Below are positions 18,656-27,016 of a stretch of DNA of 64,000 nucleotides, piece after piece (within the stretch, counting starts at the first letter, position 1; every line of letters starts with the position of its first letter). Location of the stretch: IMG/VR virus record IMGVR_UViG_3300037067_003221, positions 83,031 to 147,030 of that record. One strand, given 5' to 3'. The notes beneath the pieces are model-generated. The model was not told the origin of the DNA, ran no database searches, and worked only from the letters and a program-made list of their open reading frames with translations. A program made the position numbers and the translations under genes. Origin of the DNA: a virus (lineage: Duplodnaviria > Caudoviricetes).

Positions 18656-18875
18656 GTTTCAAATCCTTTACATACTCAGCGACTTCGTGATAGTATTCTT
18701 CATCCGGCACCCGTCCGAGACACCATGCGAGGCTTCTGGTAACTAAACCATCTGCCCCGTTACGTAGTAAATACTCAATCACCTTGTTGATCTGGAATTT
18801 CAATGGTCTCGGCATCTGTCTCTCCCATAGTTTCCAGCACGTTGGCGGCTTTATAAAGTGTCTGAGCAGCGTCAA
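18618..18875 (-). CDS. hypothetical protein (start probably internal, MPRPLK)
   Basis: Overlapping ORF in operon. Confidence 0.45.
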   Translation of the reverse strand: MTLLRHFIKPPTCWKLWERQMPRPLKFQINKVIEYLLRNGADGLVTRSLAWCLGRVPDEEYYHEVAEYVKDLKHGTEAEGQNPLE

Positions 18876-19383
18876 TCAAAGATTGTGCCGTATCGTGGCA
18901 TTCCTTTGCTCTGCTAACAAATATGGCCGTTAATATATCTGGTCGAATCTGTGTCAACGGGTGAAAATGTCTAGTTTTAATTGACCCGATAATTAAATTG
19001 CCTTCGACACGTTCTGGATTAAATGTATAGTAGGCACTGAACACGCCTAGTATTCGGATTAAAAACCGTGTCTCTCCCCACGTAATTTCTGTGCGTATTT
19101 CAAAAGAACTTGTTTGTTTATCATATACGCCGTACCATGTAGGAGCAGCGAAAGCAAAGGCCAACAATATTCGCAGGGATTCAGCACACTCGCCTTCATA
19201 GAGATTATAGATAATCTCAGGCATGTCGGCTCTTGTTTTAGCGGCTTTAACAGTGTTAAAGCACGGAAAATCTTTTGGCAATCGTTTCGATAACAGCATA
19301 TAAAAATCAATATCGTCCAGACAGCGTTTTGCCTTGACTAAAAGCCTTTTATATGTCGTATTGAGGGTGTTGATTGCATTCAT
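18775..19383 (-). CDS. hypothetical protein
   Basis: Start moved to ATG at 19383. Confidence 0.6.
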   Translation of the reverse strand: MNAINTLNTTYKRLLVKAKRCLDDIDFYMLLSKRLPKDFPCFNTVKAAKTRADMPEIIYNLYEGECAESLRILLAFAFAAPTWYGVYDKQTSSFEIRTEITWGETRFLIRILGVFSAYYTFNPERVEGNLIIGSIKTRHFHPLTQIRPDILTAIFVSRAKECHDTAQSLIDAAQTLYKAANVLETMGETDAETIEIPDQQGD

Positions 19384-19480
19384 TGCGTAAATCCTCGATT
19401 TCCCACTCTTCGTCAAATTCTTCGCCATCAATTTCTCGGCCAAGAATATCTTCGGCAGTTGTTAGGTCGTCTAAAGTCAT
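19349..19480 (-). CDS. highly acidic 43-aa microprotein (not in ORF track)
   Basis: RBS AAGGGA; MTLDDLTTAEDILGREIDGEEFDEEWEIEDLRNECNQHPQYDI. Confidence 0.65.
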   Translation of the reverse strand: MTLDDLTTAEDILGREIDGEEFDEEWEIEDLRNECNQHPQYDI

Positions 19481-19511
19481 ATATGTTTCCCTTTTGCAAC
19501 GTCGTGTTTAT

Positions 19512-19607
19512 AAAAGAGAACCTAGTAGGGAAGGTATGTTTCATACCCCCTACTAGGATGGCAAGAGGGCTGTCGCTTATATGGGACTCGCTCCATAAAC
19601 TTGCCAT
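19512..19607 (-). ncRNA. putative small RNA / attenuator leader
   Basis: Lies between a consensus promoter and a strong terminator; ATGGCAAG/CTTGCCAT closing stem, then CCTAGTAGGG..CCCTACTAGG-TTCTCTTTT. Confidence 0.5.
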
Positions 19608-19613
19608 ATATCA

Positions 19614-19642
19614 ATTATACCACACTAATTGCTGTTTGTCAA
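19614..19642 (-). promoter_or_regulatory. sigma70 consensus promoter (TTGACA-17-TATAAT)
   Basis: Minus strand TTGACAaacagcaattagtgTGgTATAAT. Confidence 0.85.
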
Positions 19643-19648
19643 GCGAAT

Positions 19649-20950
19649 TTAATCACCGATTTGGTTCATCATGTCAATTTTGTACCGCTTCGGACCTTTG
19701 AGTTCGCCGTCGGTTTTCAACTTGACTGGCAACCGCCATGTTACTCCATACTTTTCATGTACGCCGTGGATGATCTGGGTGGGTTCTGTATAACCCGAAA
19801 AACTGTTGTAAACGTAGGCATCCGATGCTATCCATGTTCCGTTAATCAACAACTCACCATCCAACTCACTAGTCGTTCCAGGCCGGTGGAAGTGCCCACA
19901 CGCATAATAACGGACCCGTGTGCCCTTCTGGATGCCCGCCAGGGCAGACAATCGTGACTGCTTGCGGCTCAAACCATACCACGGAATGCCCATGCTGGTT
20001 TTAATATCGTCGCCGTGGAACACCGAGAATCCAACACCGTTAATGTCAAGATTCACCGTATAAGTATCGGGGATAATAAAGTTGGTATTGGGAATATCTC
20101 GGCAATGTAGCCGAGCAACTTCCGCAACCATATAATCCCAATTATCTTTAGCTCCGTGATAATCTTTCTTAATCGACCGGCGACCGTGGTTTCCAGGCAC
20201 GTACAGCACATTGACTGTCTCAAAGTACGGGGCTAAGTCCCGAATCATCAGTGCATGTAGCTGGCCAATTGCAAATGAGTTCTTAAACGCATTGCGGAAA
20301 TATGATCGTTGTGTGTTCCCATGAATTTCGCCACTCGTATGATCGCCGTAGGCTAGGATAGTCAACGTGGGGAAATAAAATTGCGGAGCTAATGTCTGTT
20401 GGGTCCATTTCAAAACCGTATCAACATAATGTTCAGCCCGCCGCATACTCACGGGGAATGTGTGGTTTTCCAACCCGCCACATTCAGACGGCTTGACGAC
20501 TTGATCGTGGTGTCCGTCCGACAGGTGCATAACCAAATCCTCTTCGATTTGGCCAGCTTCTACAAGCCCACGTTCGACCGGCAAGGCACTTGGCAGCGCA
20601 TCATACGGCTTAACTACATCTTGGATTTCCTCGACAATTGCCTGGAAGATGCCGTGGTCTTTAAGCATCGCTCTGTTCTGTTTTTGCAGCGCACTCCGCT
20701 CCTCCCTCAGAAGATTTACTTCGGCTTGTAGGTCGAGGACTCGCCCATCAGTGGGGTCGTATCCCGCAACTCCACGGCCACCACGGACCCGCGTTGGCAC
20801 GTCGATCTTTACTTCGCGCCATGCGCGACCAGTCGAAATATCAGAGATCAGAGAACGGCTAACACCGAACTTTGTGGCTAGTGCCGGTTGGGTAGCTCCA
20901 CCCGCCAACTCCATCTTAATTTCGGCAACTTTGTCTTTGTCCAACTTCAT
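19649..20950 (-). CDS. HTH + coiled coil + calcineurin-like metallophosphoesterase
   Basis: N-terminal HTH (ATQPALATKFGVSRSLIS); SDGH, GD, GNHG, HGD, GHFH. Confidence 0.82.
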   Translation of the reverse strand: MKLDKDKVAEIKMELAGGATQPALATKFGVSRSLISDISTGRAWREVKIDVPTRVRGGRGVAGYDPTDGRVLDLQAEVNLLREERSALQKQNRAMLKDHGIFQAIVEEIQDVVKPYDALPSALPVERGLVEAGQIEEDLVMHLSDGHHDQVVKPSECGGLENHTFPVSMRRAEHYVDTVLKWTQQTLAPQFYFPTLTILAYGDHTSGEIHGNTQRSYFRNAFKNSFAIGQLHALMIRDLAPYFETVNVLYVPGNHGRRSIKKDYHGAKDNWDYMVAEVARLHCRDIPNTNFIIPDTYTVNLDINGVGFSVFHGDDIKTSMGIPWYGLSRKQSRLSALAGIQKGTRVRYYACGHFHRPGTTSELDGELLINGTWIASDAYVYNSFSGYTEPTQIIHGVHEKYGVTWRLPVKLKTDGELKGPKRYKIDMMNQIGD

Positions 20951-21005
20951 ATAAAACTCCTATAAAGGTTGCAAAAATGCAACAATACGTGTAAATTCAC
21001 AACCA

Positions 21006-22736
21006 TTACTTGCCTGTGCAAATGGTGTGCCTTTTGATGATAGATTTCACAGCGTCCACGAAATATTTGGGTTCATCATTATCGACTAAAATTGTTTTTA
21101 GGTCTAATGCGTCAACCCGCTTTTTCATATCATCGACCCCACAATCGGGTAGGATATTGTCGATCAGCATTAAAGCCTTGTCAATATATTCCTGTCGATT
21201 TGTTGCAATCAGATTAGTTATACCAACCTTCCGCATTACAGCCGACGATGCTCGGTTGTAAAAATAATTCCCCTCCCATGTCACAACCGGGCAGCCAACA
21301 AACAGCGAATCAACGATTGTGTTATAGCCACCAAATGGGTAGGAATCTAGGGTAAACTGTGCGGCCTCCATCTTTTCCAAGTAATCTTGGTAGGGCATAT
21401 TGCCATAGGCAATCGCGTTCTTTCCAAATAGGTCGGCCAAACCTCGCATGAACGGGATGGCATTTTGATACCGGCCAACTGTCCATGACGGGAAAAATTG
21501 GAATACAATAGGCTTACTTGCACGTTGCTGTATTTCCTGTAGCACTTGCAGCATAGGATAGTTAATCTTAGCAGAAGTCCAACAGCAATTTATCAAAAAC
21601 ATATCCGATTTCGGGTGTTTTCGAGTATAGTTAGGAAATACCGGATGCGCCCCGATTCCTGGGATAAGTACAAGTTTTTCACTATAATTTTCTTGGGCAG
21701 TTTTTGATTCCGAATCTTCGCCACCGATGAAATAATCAATTAGTGAACCATACGTACTTACAGGATGGCCATATCCAGTCACCATAATTGGAGCAAAACG
21801 TAAGTTTGCCAAGGCGACTGATTCATAGTTCATTCCAATATCAGGAAAATAGGCTAGTTGAAAATCATTTGATTTTAATGCCGTGGCATCTAAAGTTTTG
21901 AAATCCGGTGATAAGTCAACTTGTATCACTTTCTTAAACAATGACTTGTCGAGTGTTTCCAATTTTCCGCCAGAATGAACCAGCGTCAATTCATATTCTT
22001 TTGCCAAGGCTTCAATTTGATGGTAACAACTTTTATATACCGCCGTACTCGGTTGCCAACGAGCGGTGACAATCGCAATGCTCTTTGGATTAGGATTATT
22101 TGAAATCCTAATCTTTGAAACTTGGTCACGCACTTGTTTATTCATTGCAACTTTTATATCCCTGTCAGCTTCCATGTAGGTGCTTTGGAAATATAAAGGT
22201 GCTGTTCGGAAATCAGTTAAACGCAATTTTGCAGGTATATTTTTTAACTGCTTCACACATCGATCATGCACTTCTCTTGTCAATGTTCCGGGTGGTGCAG
22301 TCTGGTAATTTAGCCAGCAAATTGTACTCAAAGCCGGATTCGCATTGAACAATATATCCCAGTCAATAAGTTCTTTATTGTAGCAAGTATTAAGGGCCAG
22401 GATTTTAACAAAGTTATTTTCTTGAATAAGGACTCTTCGCAGATAACTATCTGTAGTTCCGATACAAGAAACAGCAGTCACATTAGCTACAAGGTGTCCG
22501 AGGTTGGCGTAGATTTGAGCGTCCGCCGCTGGAATCTCAAAATCTTGCTGAGTAAAAATATAAAGAAACGTAGCAACATACGTGTCTAAATCTTTCTGAT
22601 CTTCTTTGCCAATCGAACCGAAGGTTGTTTCATTGAAGTACCTAAGTTTCTCAATGAATAGTCGGCTCAGAGCCGCGTATTCTTTTCTTTGGTACATCTT
22701 CAACAAGGTATCAGTCGTCGGTAATGGTAGGCTCAT
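21006..22736 (-). CDS. GT41 protein glycosyltransferase, HMW1C/NGT-like (no TPRs)
   Basis: YFPDIGM..LANLRFAP....GHPVST...IDYFI; SAKIN; LDSYPFGGYNTIVDSL.GCPVV; helical N-terminal domain resembling HMW1C. Confidence 0.85.
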   Translation of the reverse strand: MSLPLPTTDTLLKMYQRKEYAALSRLFIEKLRYFNETTFGSIGKEDQKDLDTYVATFLYIFTQQDFEIPAADAQIYANLGHLVANVTAVSCIGTTDSYLRRVLIQENNFVKILALNTCYNKELIDWDILFNANPALSTICWLNYQTAPPGTLTREVHDRCVKQLKNIPAKLRLTDFRTAPLYFQSTYMEADRDIKVAMNKQVRDQVSKIRISNNPNPKSIAIVTARWQPSTAVYKSCYHQIEALAKEYELTLVHSGGKLETLDKSLFKKVIQVDLSPDFKTLDATALKSNDFQLAYFPDIGMNYESVALANLRFAPIMVTGYGHPVSTYGSLIDYFIGGEDSESKTAQENYSEKLVLIPGIGAHPVFPNYTRKHPKSDMFLINCCWTSAKINYPMLQVLQEIQQRASKPIVFQFFPSWTVGRYQNAIPFMRGLADLFGKNAIAYGNMPYQDYLEKMEAAQFTLDSYPFGGYNTIVDSLFVGCPVVTWEGNYFYNRASSAVMRKVGITNLIATNRQEYIDKALMLIDNILPDCGVDDMKKRVDALDLKTILVDNDEPKYFVDAVKSIIKRHTICTGK

Positions 22737-23892
22737 AGTCAACTAATTCTCCATCTTGCAAAGTCAACAGTCGTTGATATTTTAATCCACGACTCTGGAT
22801 ATCACGATAAATATCGTTGGCCCGCCACGGGGTCGTAATGACAACAGTAGGCGATTCCATACCACGAATAATCTCTGGGTCACGAATCTTTTGTCCCGTC
22901 CCTGGCACGTATTTATTCCATTTACCGCTATCGGAATCCACCACCCAAGTAAACTTAGTGGCATCAAGTTTGTGGTTGTTGATGAAGGCCGCGCTCTTAC
23001 CAGTGCCGCCCCACAGGATTACATTTCTCAGGGCTTCAAGTTGTTCTTTAACAGTGGCTACTGACTTTCTTACCTTCGCGGTAAAATTGTCGGCCAACAC
23101 TTTATTATATCGCAACGCTTGCGACTTTGGCTTAAAAATGCCAACTAACACTTCGTCACCATAGCAGCGTGAAATTTCTAACAACTCAAATCCAGACCCC
23201 ATAAACAAAGCAGCCAAACTACTCATAGTAAAGTTTGATACATGCTCATATAGGAAATCTGATAACCGTCCTAGTTCGAGTGAGTTATCCAAACATGGAA
23301 CTTCCGCCACAAAAATTGGCTCAATTCCATAGATTCCTGACCAATAAGAAATCTGTGAAACAAACTCTCGCGGATTTTCCAAATGCTCGATCACATGGCG
23401 GCAAATTAACAGCGAGGGGTTATGCCGTCGTAAATCCCGTTCTGGAATAAAGTAATCTTGTACGATAGTAAAATCACGTTGCTTACGTGCGTCAATTCCA
23501 GGTTCATAGCCTACACACCGGGCTTCTGGATAGGCTTCGCTCAACATCTGCAAAAACTGAGAGTCTCCACAGCCAATATCTATTACTTGTCCATCCTTCC
23601 ATGTTGGGGCGTTCTCCACTAGATGCTCCGCCAACCCCTTCATGTGTTCTTGCCACAATGGACCATTATTATACATCCGATTACTGTCGCCTTCATACGG
23701 CACTTGAGCGTATTGGAAGTCAACATTAAACACATGGCCGCAGACTGCGCACATCTTAAAAGACATAGGCAATCTAATAGCGGAAGTTGCATCCTCTGCC
23801 GACTTCGGTAGATTCAAAGCTACCAGTGGAGAGGGTTCAGGATTATAGATGGGAAGTAAAATGTTATTTCCACAAACAATACAAGTATTCAT
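22711..23892 (-). CDS. NDP-sugar C-methyltransferase (zinc finger + SAM + C-terminal domain)
   Basis: CIVCG..CAVCGHV zinc site, IDIGCGD, RHVIEHL, YEHVSNF, WGGTGKS..VVDSD..KW..YVPGTG. Confidence 0.85.
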   Translation of the reverse strand: MNTCIVCGNNILLPIYNPEPSPLVALNLPKSAEDATSAIRLPMSFKMCAVCGHVFNVDFQYAQVPYEGDSNRMYNNGPLWQEHMKGLAEHLVENAPTWKDGQVIDIGCGDSQFLQMLSEAYPEARCVGYEPGIDARKQRDFTIVQDYFIPERDLRRHNPSLLICRHVIEHLENPREFVSQISYWSGIYGIEPIFVAEVPCLDNSLELGRLSDFLYEHVSNFTMSSLAALFMGSGFELLEISRCYGDEVLVGIFKPKSQALRYNKVLADNFTAKVRKSVATVKEQLEALRNVILWGGTGKSAAFINNHKLDATKFTWVVDSDSGKWNKYVPGTGQKIRDPEIIRGMESPTVVITTPWRANDIYRDIQSRGLKYQRLLTLQDGELVDYEPTITDD

Positions 23893-23896
23893 TTTG

Positions 23897-24094
23897 TTAT
23901 CCTTTAATGGTGAGTACAAGTTGGCCCGTGATAAGACTCGCACCAACAATAGTTGCACAAACTAAACCGCCAACAACCAGTATTGCCGGGACTAAACTAG
24001 AGTCTCCGAGATACCCACCAGCCGCTTCAACCATCGACACTACCAGCGATAGGGCCAACGTACACACTACCGTCACTAAGAGGCAGGTCAACAT
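23897..24094 (-). CDS. small two-TM membrane protein
   Basis: Two hydrophobic segments; directly upstream of the C-methyltransferase. Confidence 0.45.
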   Translation of the reverse strand: MLTCLLVTVVCTLALSLVVSMVEAAGGYLGDSSLVPAILVVGGLVCATIVGASLITGQLVLTIKG

Positions 24095-24602
24095 TATTCT
24101 TCTCCGTTAAAATTTCTAAAACTTCTTCAAGTGAAAATGGACGTAATACACCAAAATGTGCGAAGGCTGAATCCAGCCCAACATCCAGGCGACCGATTTC
24201 CTTGGGTAGCCGGTTGTGGCAGTGCCCGTGTAGGTTCAAGCCACCATAGGCCCAACTCGACCATGAAGCCAGTGGATAGTGGCAAAGTGAAATTACTCGC
24301 CCACCAATCTTCTTAACAGCCAACATTTCAAATGTTGAGACATGCCGTGCCAATGAACTTGCATCATGGTTGCCGCGAGTACAATGAATCTTACGGCAAT
24401 TGATGCGGGACCGATAGTGGCCAGCCTTACTAGCCGTCCAACAAAAGTCGCCCAAGTGCCATAGTTCATCGTCACGCTTAACAAATTGATTGAGCGTACT
24501 AATAATCTCGTCGTCGTGATCTTTAATATTAAAAAATGCTCGACTTGTATGTTGCAGTATAGCAGCATGATTAAAGTGCGTATCGGCTGTAAACCAAATC
24601 AT
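24027..24602 (-). CDS. calcineurin-like metallophosphoesterase
   Basis: ADTHFNH, LGDF, GNHD, CHYP, HGHCH, DVGLD. Confidence 0.88.
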   Translation of the reverse strand: MIWFTADTHFNHAAILQHTSRAFFNIKDHDDEIISTLNQFVKRDDELWHLGDFCWTASKAGHYRSRINCRKIHCTRGNHDASSLARHVSTFEMLAVKKIGGRVISLCHYPLASWSSWAYGGLNLHGHCHNRLPKEIGRLDVGLDSAFAHFGVLRPFSLEEVLEILTEKNNVDLPLSDGSVYVGPIAGSVDG

Positions 24603-24829
24603 TATGAGTCCCAATATCTATGAAATTCTTCTTCGTACTCGGCATCTTGGATTGCACTAATATGGAAATGTAACCTGTCCATAATCATCTGCATACCAAT
24701 TTTAACACCGGCGTTATTTGTCATGTGCTGTAGTCTATCACATCTGTCCCAAGCCAAATGAAGTTCCCGCGTTGCCATTTTAACATGTGCTTCTGCTTGC
24801 ACGATCAAAGCTGCTTGCTCACCTTTCAT
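24602..24829 (-). CDS. hypothetical protein
   Basis: Coupled ORF. Confidence 0.55.
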   Translation of the reverse strand: MKGEQAALIVQAEAHVKMATRELHLAWDRCDRLQHMTNNAGVKIGMQMIMDRLHFHISAIQDAEYEEEFHRYWDS

Positions 24830-25044
24830 AGTGACTCCTGCTCTAAAGGCTTGGTTACTTTCCGAATCGTCTCCACCAGTTTATTCAAGGACGGGTCGCG
24901 GCTGATCTTTTGAAATGCTTCCGCTAAAAGTTCCGGCTGATTCAGTATAAGACCCGTTAATGGCATAGCTCCACTAAAGGTATCTGTCCTATAGATCATG
25001 TGAACTCCGTCAGTTTGTAATTGGAAAACTATTTCCCGGTTCAT
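24826..25044 (-). CDS. hypothetical protein
   Basis: RBS AGGAG. Confidence 0.6.
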   Translation of the reverse strand: MNREIVFQLQTDGVHMIYRTDTFSGAMPLTGLILNQPELLAEAFQKISRDPSLNKLVETIRKVTKPLEQESL

Positions 25045-25060
25045 AATTTAATCTCCTAAG

Positions 25061-25132
25061 CTGCATGGGCAGGACTTGAACCTGCAACCTTGCGGTTAAC
25101 AGCCGCTTGCTCCACCATTGAGCTACCATGCA
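25061..25132 (-). tRNA. tRNA-Asn(GTT)
   Basis: TGCATGG/CCATGCA acceptor, TAGCTCAATGG D arm, CTGTTAA loop, GGTTCAAGTCC T arm. Confidence 0.9.
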
Positions 25133-25138
25133 GTAATG

Positions 25139-25459
25139 CTACTTATCATTGAAAACAAGTTTTCGCATATCTTCCAGATGGAACTTCGTAGCGGCCAATT
25201 CGCCCTCTGCCTTGACAGTTTTGGAGGGCCTCAATCCGGCATTGAACAGTGCATCACATAATCGTTGTGCATCGTCAACATGCAGCCGCAATGAAGGTTC
25301 ACATATTTCAAACTCTTTCTTCTCAACAAACTCTGGTTTTAAGACAATCAATTTTCTGTCTAGTGTATCCCACCAGATATGTAGTTGATTCCAGCCATAG
25401 TTGACTTGGGCCGTACAACGTAAATCTCTAAGGTCTCTAAGGTCTCTAAGGTCGCTCAT
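25139..25459 (-). CDS. hypothetical protein with DLR repeat
   Basis: RBS AGGA; 9-bp repeat tctctaagg x3 at 25425-25451. Confidence 0.65.
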   Translation of the reverse strand: MSDLRDLRDLRDLRCTAQVNYGWNQLHIWWDTLDRKLIVLKPEFVEKKEFEICEPSLRLHVDDAQRLCDALFNAGLRPSKTVKAEGELAATKFHLEDMRKLVFNDK

Positions 25460-25473
25460 GGTTTATTCCTATG

Positions 25474-25815
25474 TTAAATCTTTGCAATTAACAATGTCCC
25501 TAAAGTTGGGACGTGCGCTTCAACTTCAATTATAGTCCCTTGTTTTGCAATCGAATATCCCAAGGTAACTGAAATTTCAAAATATTTTTTAGCGTTTAGG
25601 CGCGCATTTGAAATCCGCTCCAATACTCGATCACATATAGCATAAATTTTATTTAACATTACTGTGTCGTCACCTTGGTTATATTCCATGTCGGTGCATA
25701 CACCTTGCTCCATAATACTAGTATGCCCGGTCTTAAAATCAACTTTATTTAAGCTGTATTTTTCAACCCCTAGTAAAAGATACTGTTCTACTTGTGCATT
25801 AACTCTATCATTCAT
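25474..25815 (-). CDS. hypothetical protein
   Basis: ATGA-coupled ORF. Confidence 0.55.
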   Translation of the reverse strand: MNDRVNAQVEQYLLLGVEKYSLNKVDFKTGHTSIMEQGVCTDMEYNQGDDTVMLNKIYAICDRVLERISNARLNAKKYFEISVTLGYSIAKQGTIIEVEAHVPTLGTLLIAKI

Positions 25816-26003
25816 TTCTTTGGCTCCGGTTCAGTTGTCCAGTAGGACCAATTATCCCAGTTAGCAAATGTCTCAGCCAGAGCCTTACGATGCTCTTCGG
25901 CCTCTTCTCTTGATGGATATGGGCCACACTCGCCACATTCAGGCACGCGCGTGACCCACCATTCTTTATCAATCTTCTTACTCACCATGTTAGGTTTGCT
26001 CAT
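25812..26003 (-). CDS. hypothetical protein
   Basis: ATGA-coupled ORF; CGECGPY. Confidence 0.6.
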   Translation of the reverse strand: MSKPNMVSKKIDKEWWVTRVPECGECGPYPSREEAEEHRKALAETFANWDNWSYWTTEPEPKK

Positions 26004-26446
26004 AATGATAAGATAGCCTTAACTACATTCAAACCTTCTTCCAAAGTCTCAACCCGGAACCCTACAGCTTCACGAATCATTGCATGGTCGTGAACATTCC
26101 CTTCTTTCTCGATGCACAAGACAATAGGGATGCGGCATTCAAATGCCCAAGCAATCTCCATAACCGTTCCAATACTGACATTTGTAGCTCCGATTAAGTT
26201 CACAAGTAGCACATCACAACGAGTGCAGTCCCAGTGGTCGCGGGTCATAATGCCACGGGAACAACTTAGCACCGTATCATAATCACTACCGATACAATCT
26301 TCTCGGGCCAAATAACCTTTGGCCCGCATAGGGTCAAGCCCATCGTGGCCCGCGTTATACAATTCCTTAAACGCCCAATCCCGCCAGGAAGTGCAGCCTT
26401 CATACGATAGTCCGGTGATCGGGCCAGCCAAATAAACTTTATACAT
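26000..26446 (-). CDS. nucleoside 2-deoxyribosyltransferase family
   Basis: VYLAGPI, CDVLLVNL, SIGTVMEIAWA. Confidence 0.85.
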   Translation of the reverse strand: MYKVYLAGPITGLSYEGCTSWRDWAFKELYNAGHDGLDPMRAKGYLAREDCIGSDYDTVLSCSRGIMTRDHWDCTRCDVLLVNLIGATNVSIGTVMEIAWAFECRIPIVLCIEKEGNVHDHAMIREAVGFRVETLEEGLNVVKAILSL

Positions 26447-26448
26447 AA

Positions 26449-26661
26449 TTATTCCTCAACTTTACCCCATGTGATACTATTCCAAATACATTCGTGCTGG
26501 AAATAGAACAAAATCTTTACCAACAGACATGCAACAGCCAGTGCTGCACTAGAGCAAACGCTGCCCGTGAATGGGTAGCTGATTGCTGCTGTTAATACTG
26601 TTGAAAAGGACTCCCATGTAATCGCTTTTGTCAGCGTTCGTTTTCTCGTACTTTTAAGCAT
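26449..26661 (-). CDS. DUF2061-like small membrane protein
   Basis: KRTLTKAITW..T..KILFYFQHECIWNSITWG. Confidence 0.7.
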   Translation of the reverse strand: MLKSTRKRTLTKAITWESFSTVLTAAISYPFTGSVCSSAALAVACLLVKILFYFQHECIWNSITWGKVEE

Positions 26662-26674
26662 GGGTAGATTCCTT

Positions 26675-27016
26675 TCATTTCAGTCCGTCTCGGAGGATAC
26701 AAATTTCTGAATCGCCTAAAAGTTTCTTGACTTCTTCAAGTCGCGTTTTAGGCACGATAATTGGCACATAACTATCCGGGTAAGTGATAACACAGCCGCC
26801 TGGATACTTATCCATATCCAACCATTGTACTCCATCAATATTTCCGTGGTATTTAAGGAGTACAAAATCTACCGAGACATTGGCCGGTAGTTTAGGATTC
26901 GTTTCGGTGGCAGCATTTACCACCCACAACCCGCCAAAAAATGTACCCCAGAGAATAGCAATACTCCCCAGAAACATCGTAATAAATCTAGTTTTAGTCG
27001 GATACATTCTCAACAT
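26675..27016 (-). CDS. membrane-anchored hypothetical protein
   Basis: N-terminal TM. Confidence 0.55.
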   Translation of the reverse strand: MLRMYPTKTRFITMFLGSIAILWGTFFGGLWVVNAATETNPKLPANVSVDFVLLKYHGNIDGVQWLDMDKYPGGCVITYPDSYVPIIVPKTRLEEVKKLLGDSEICILRDGLK

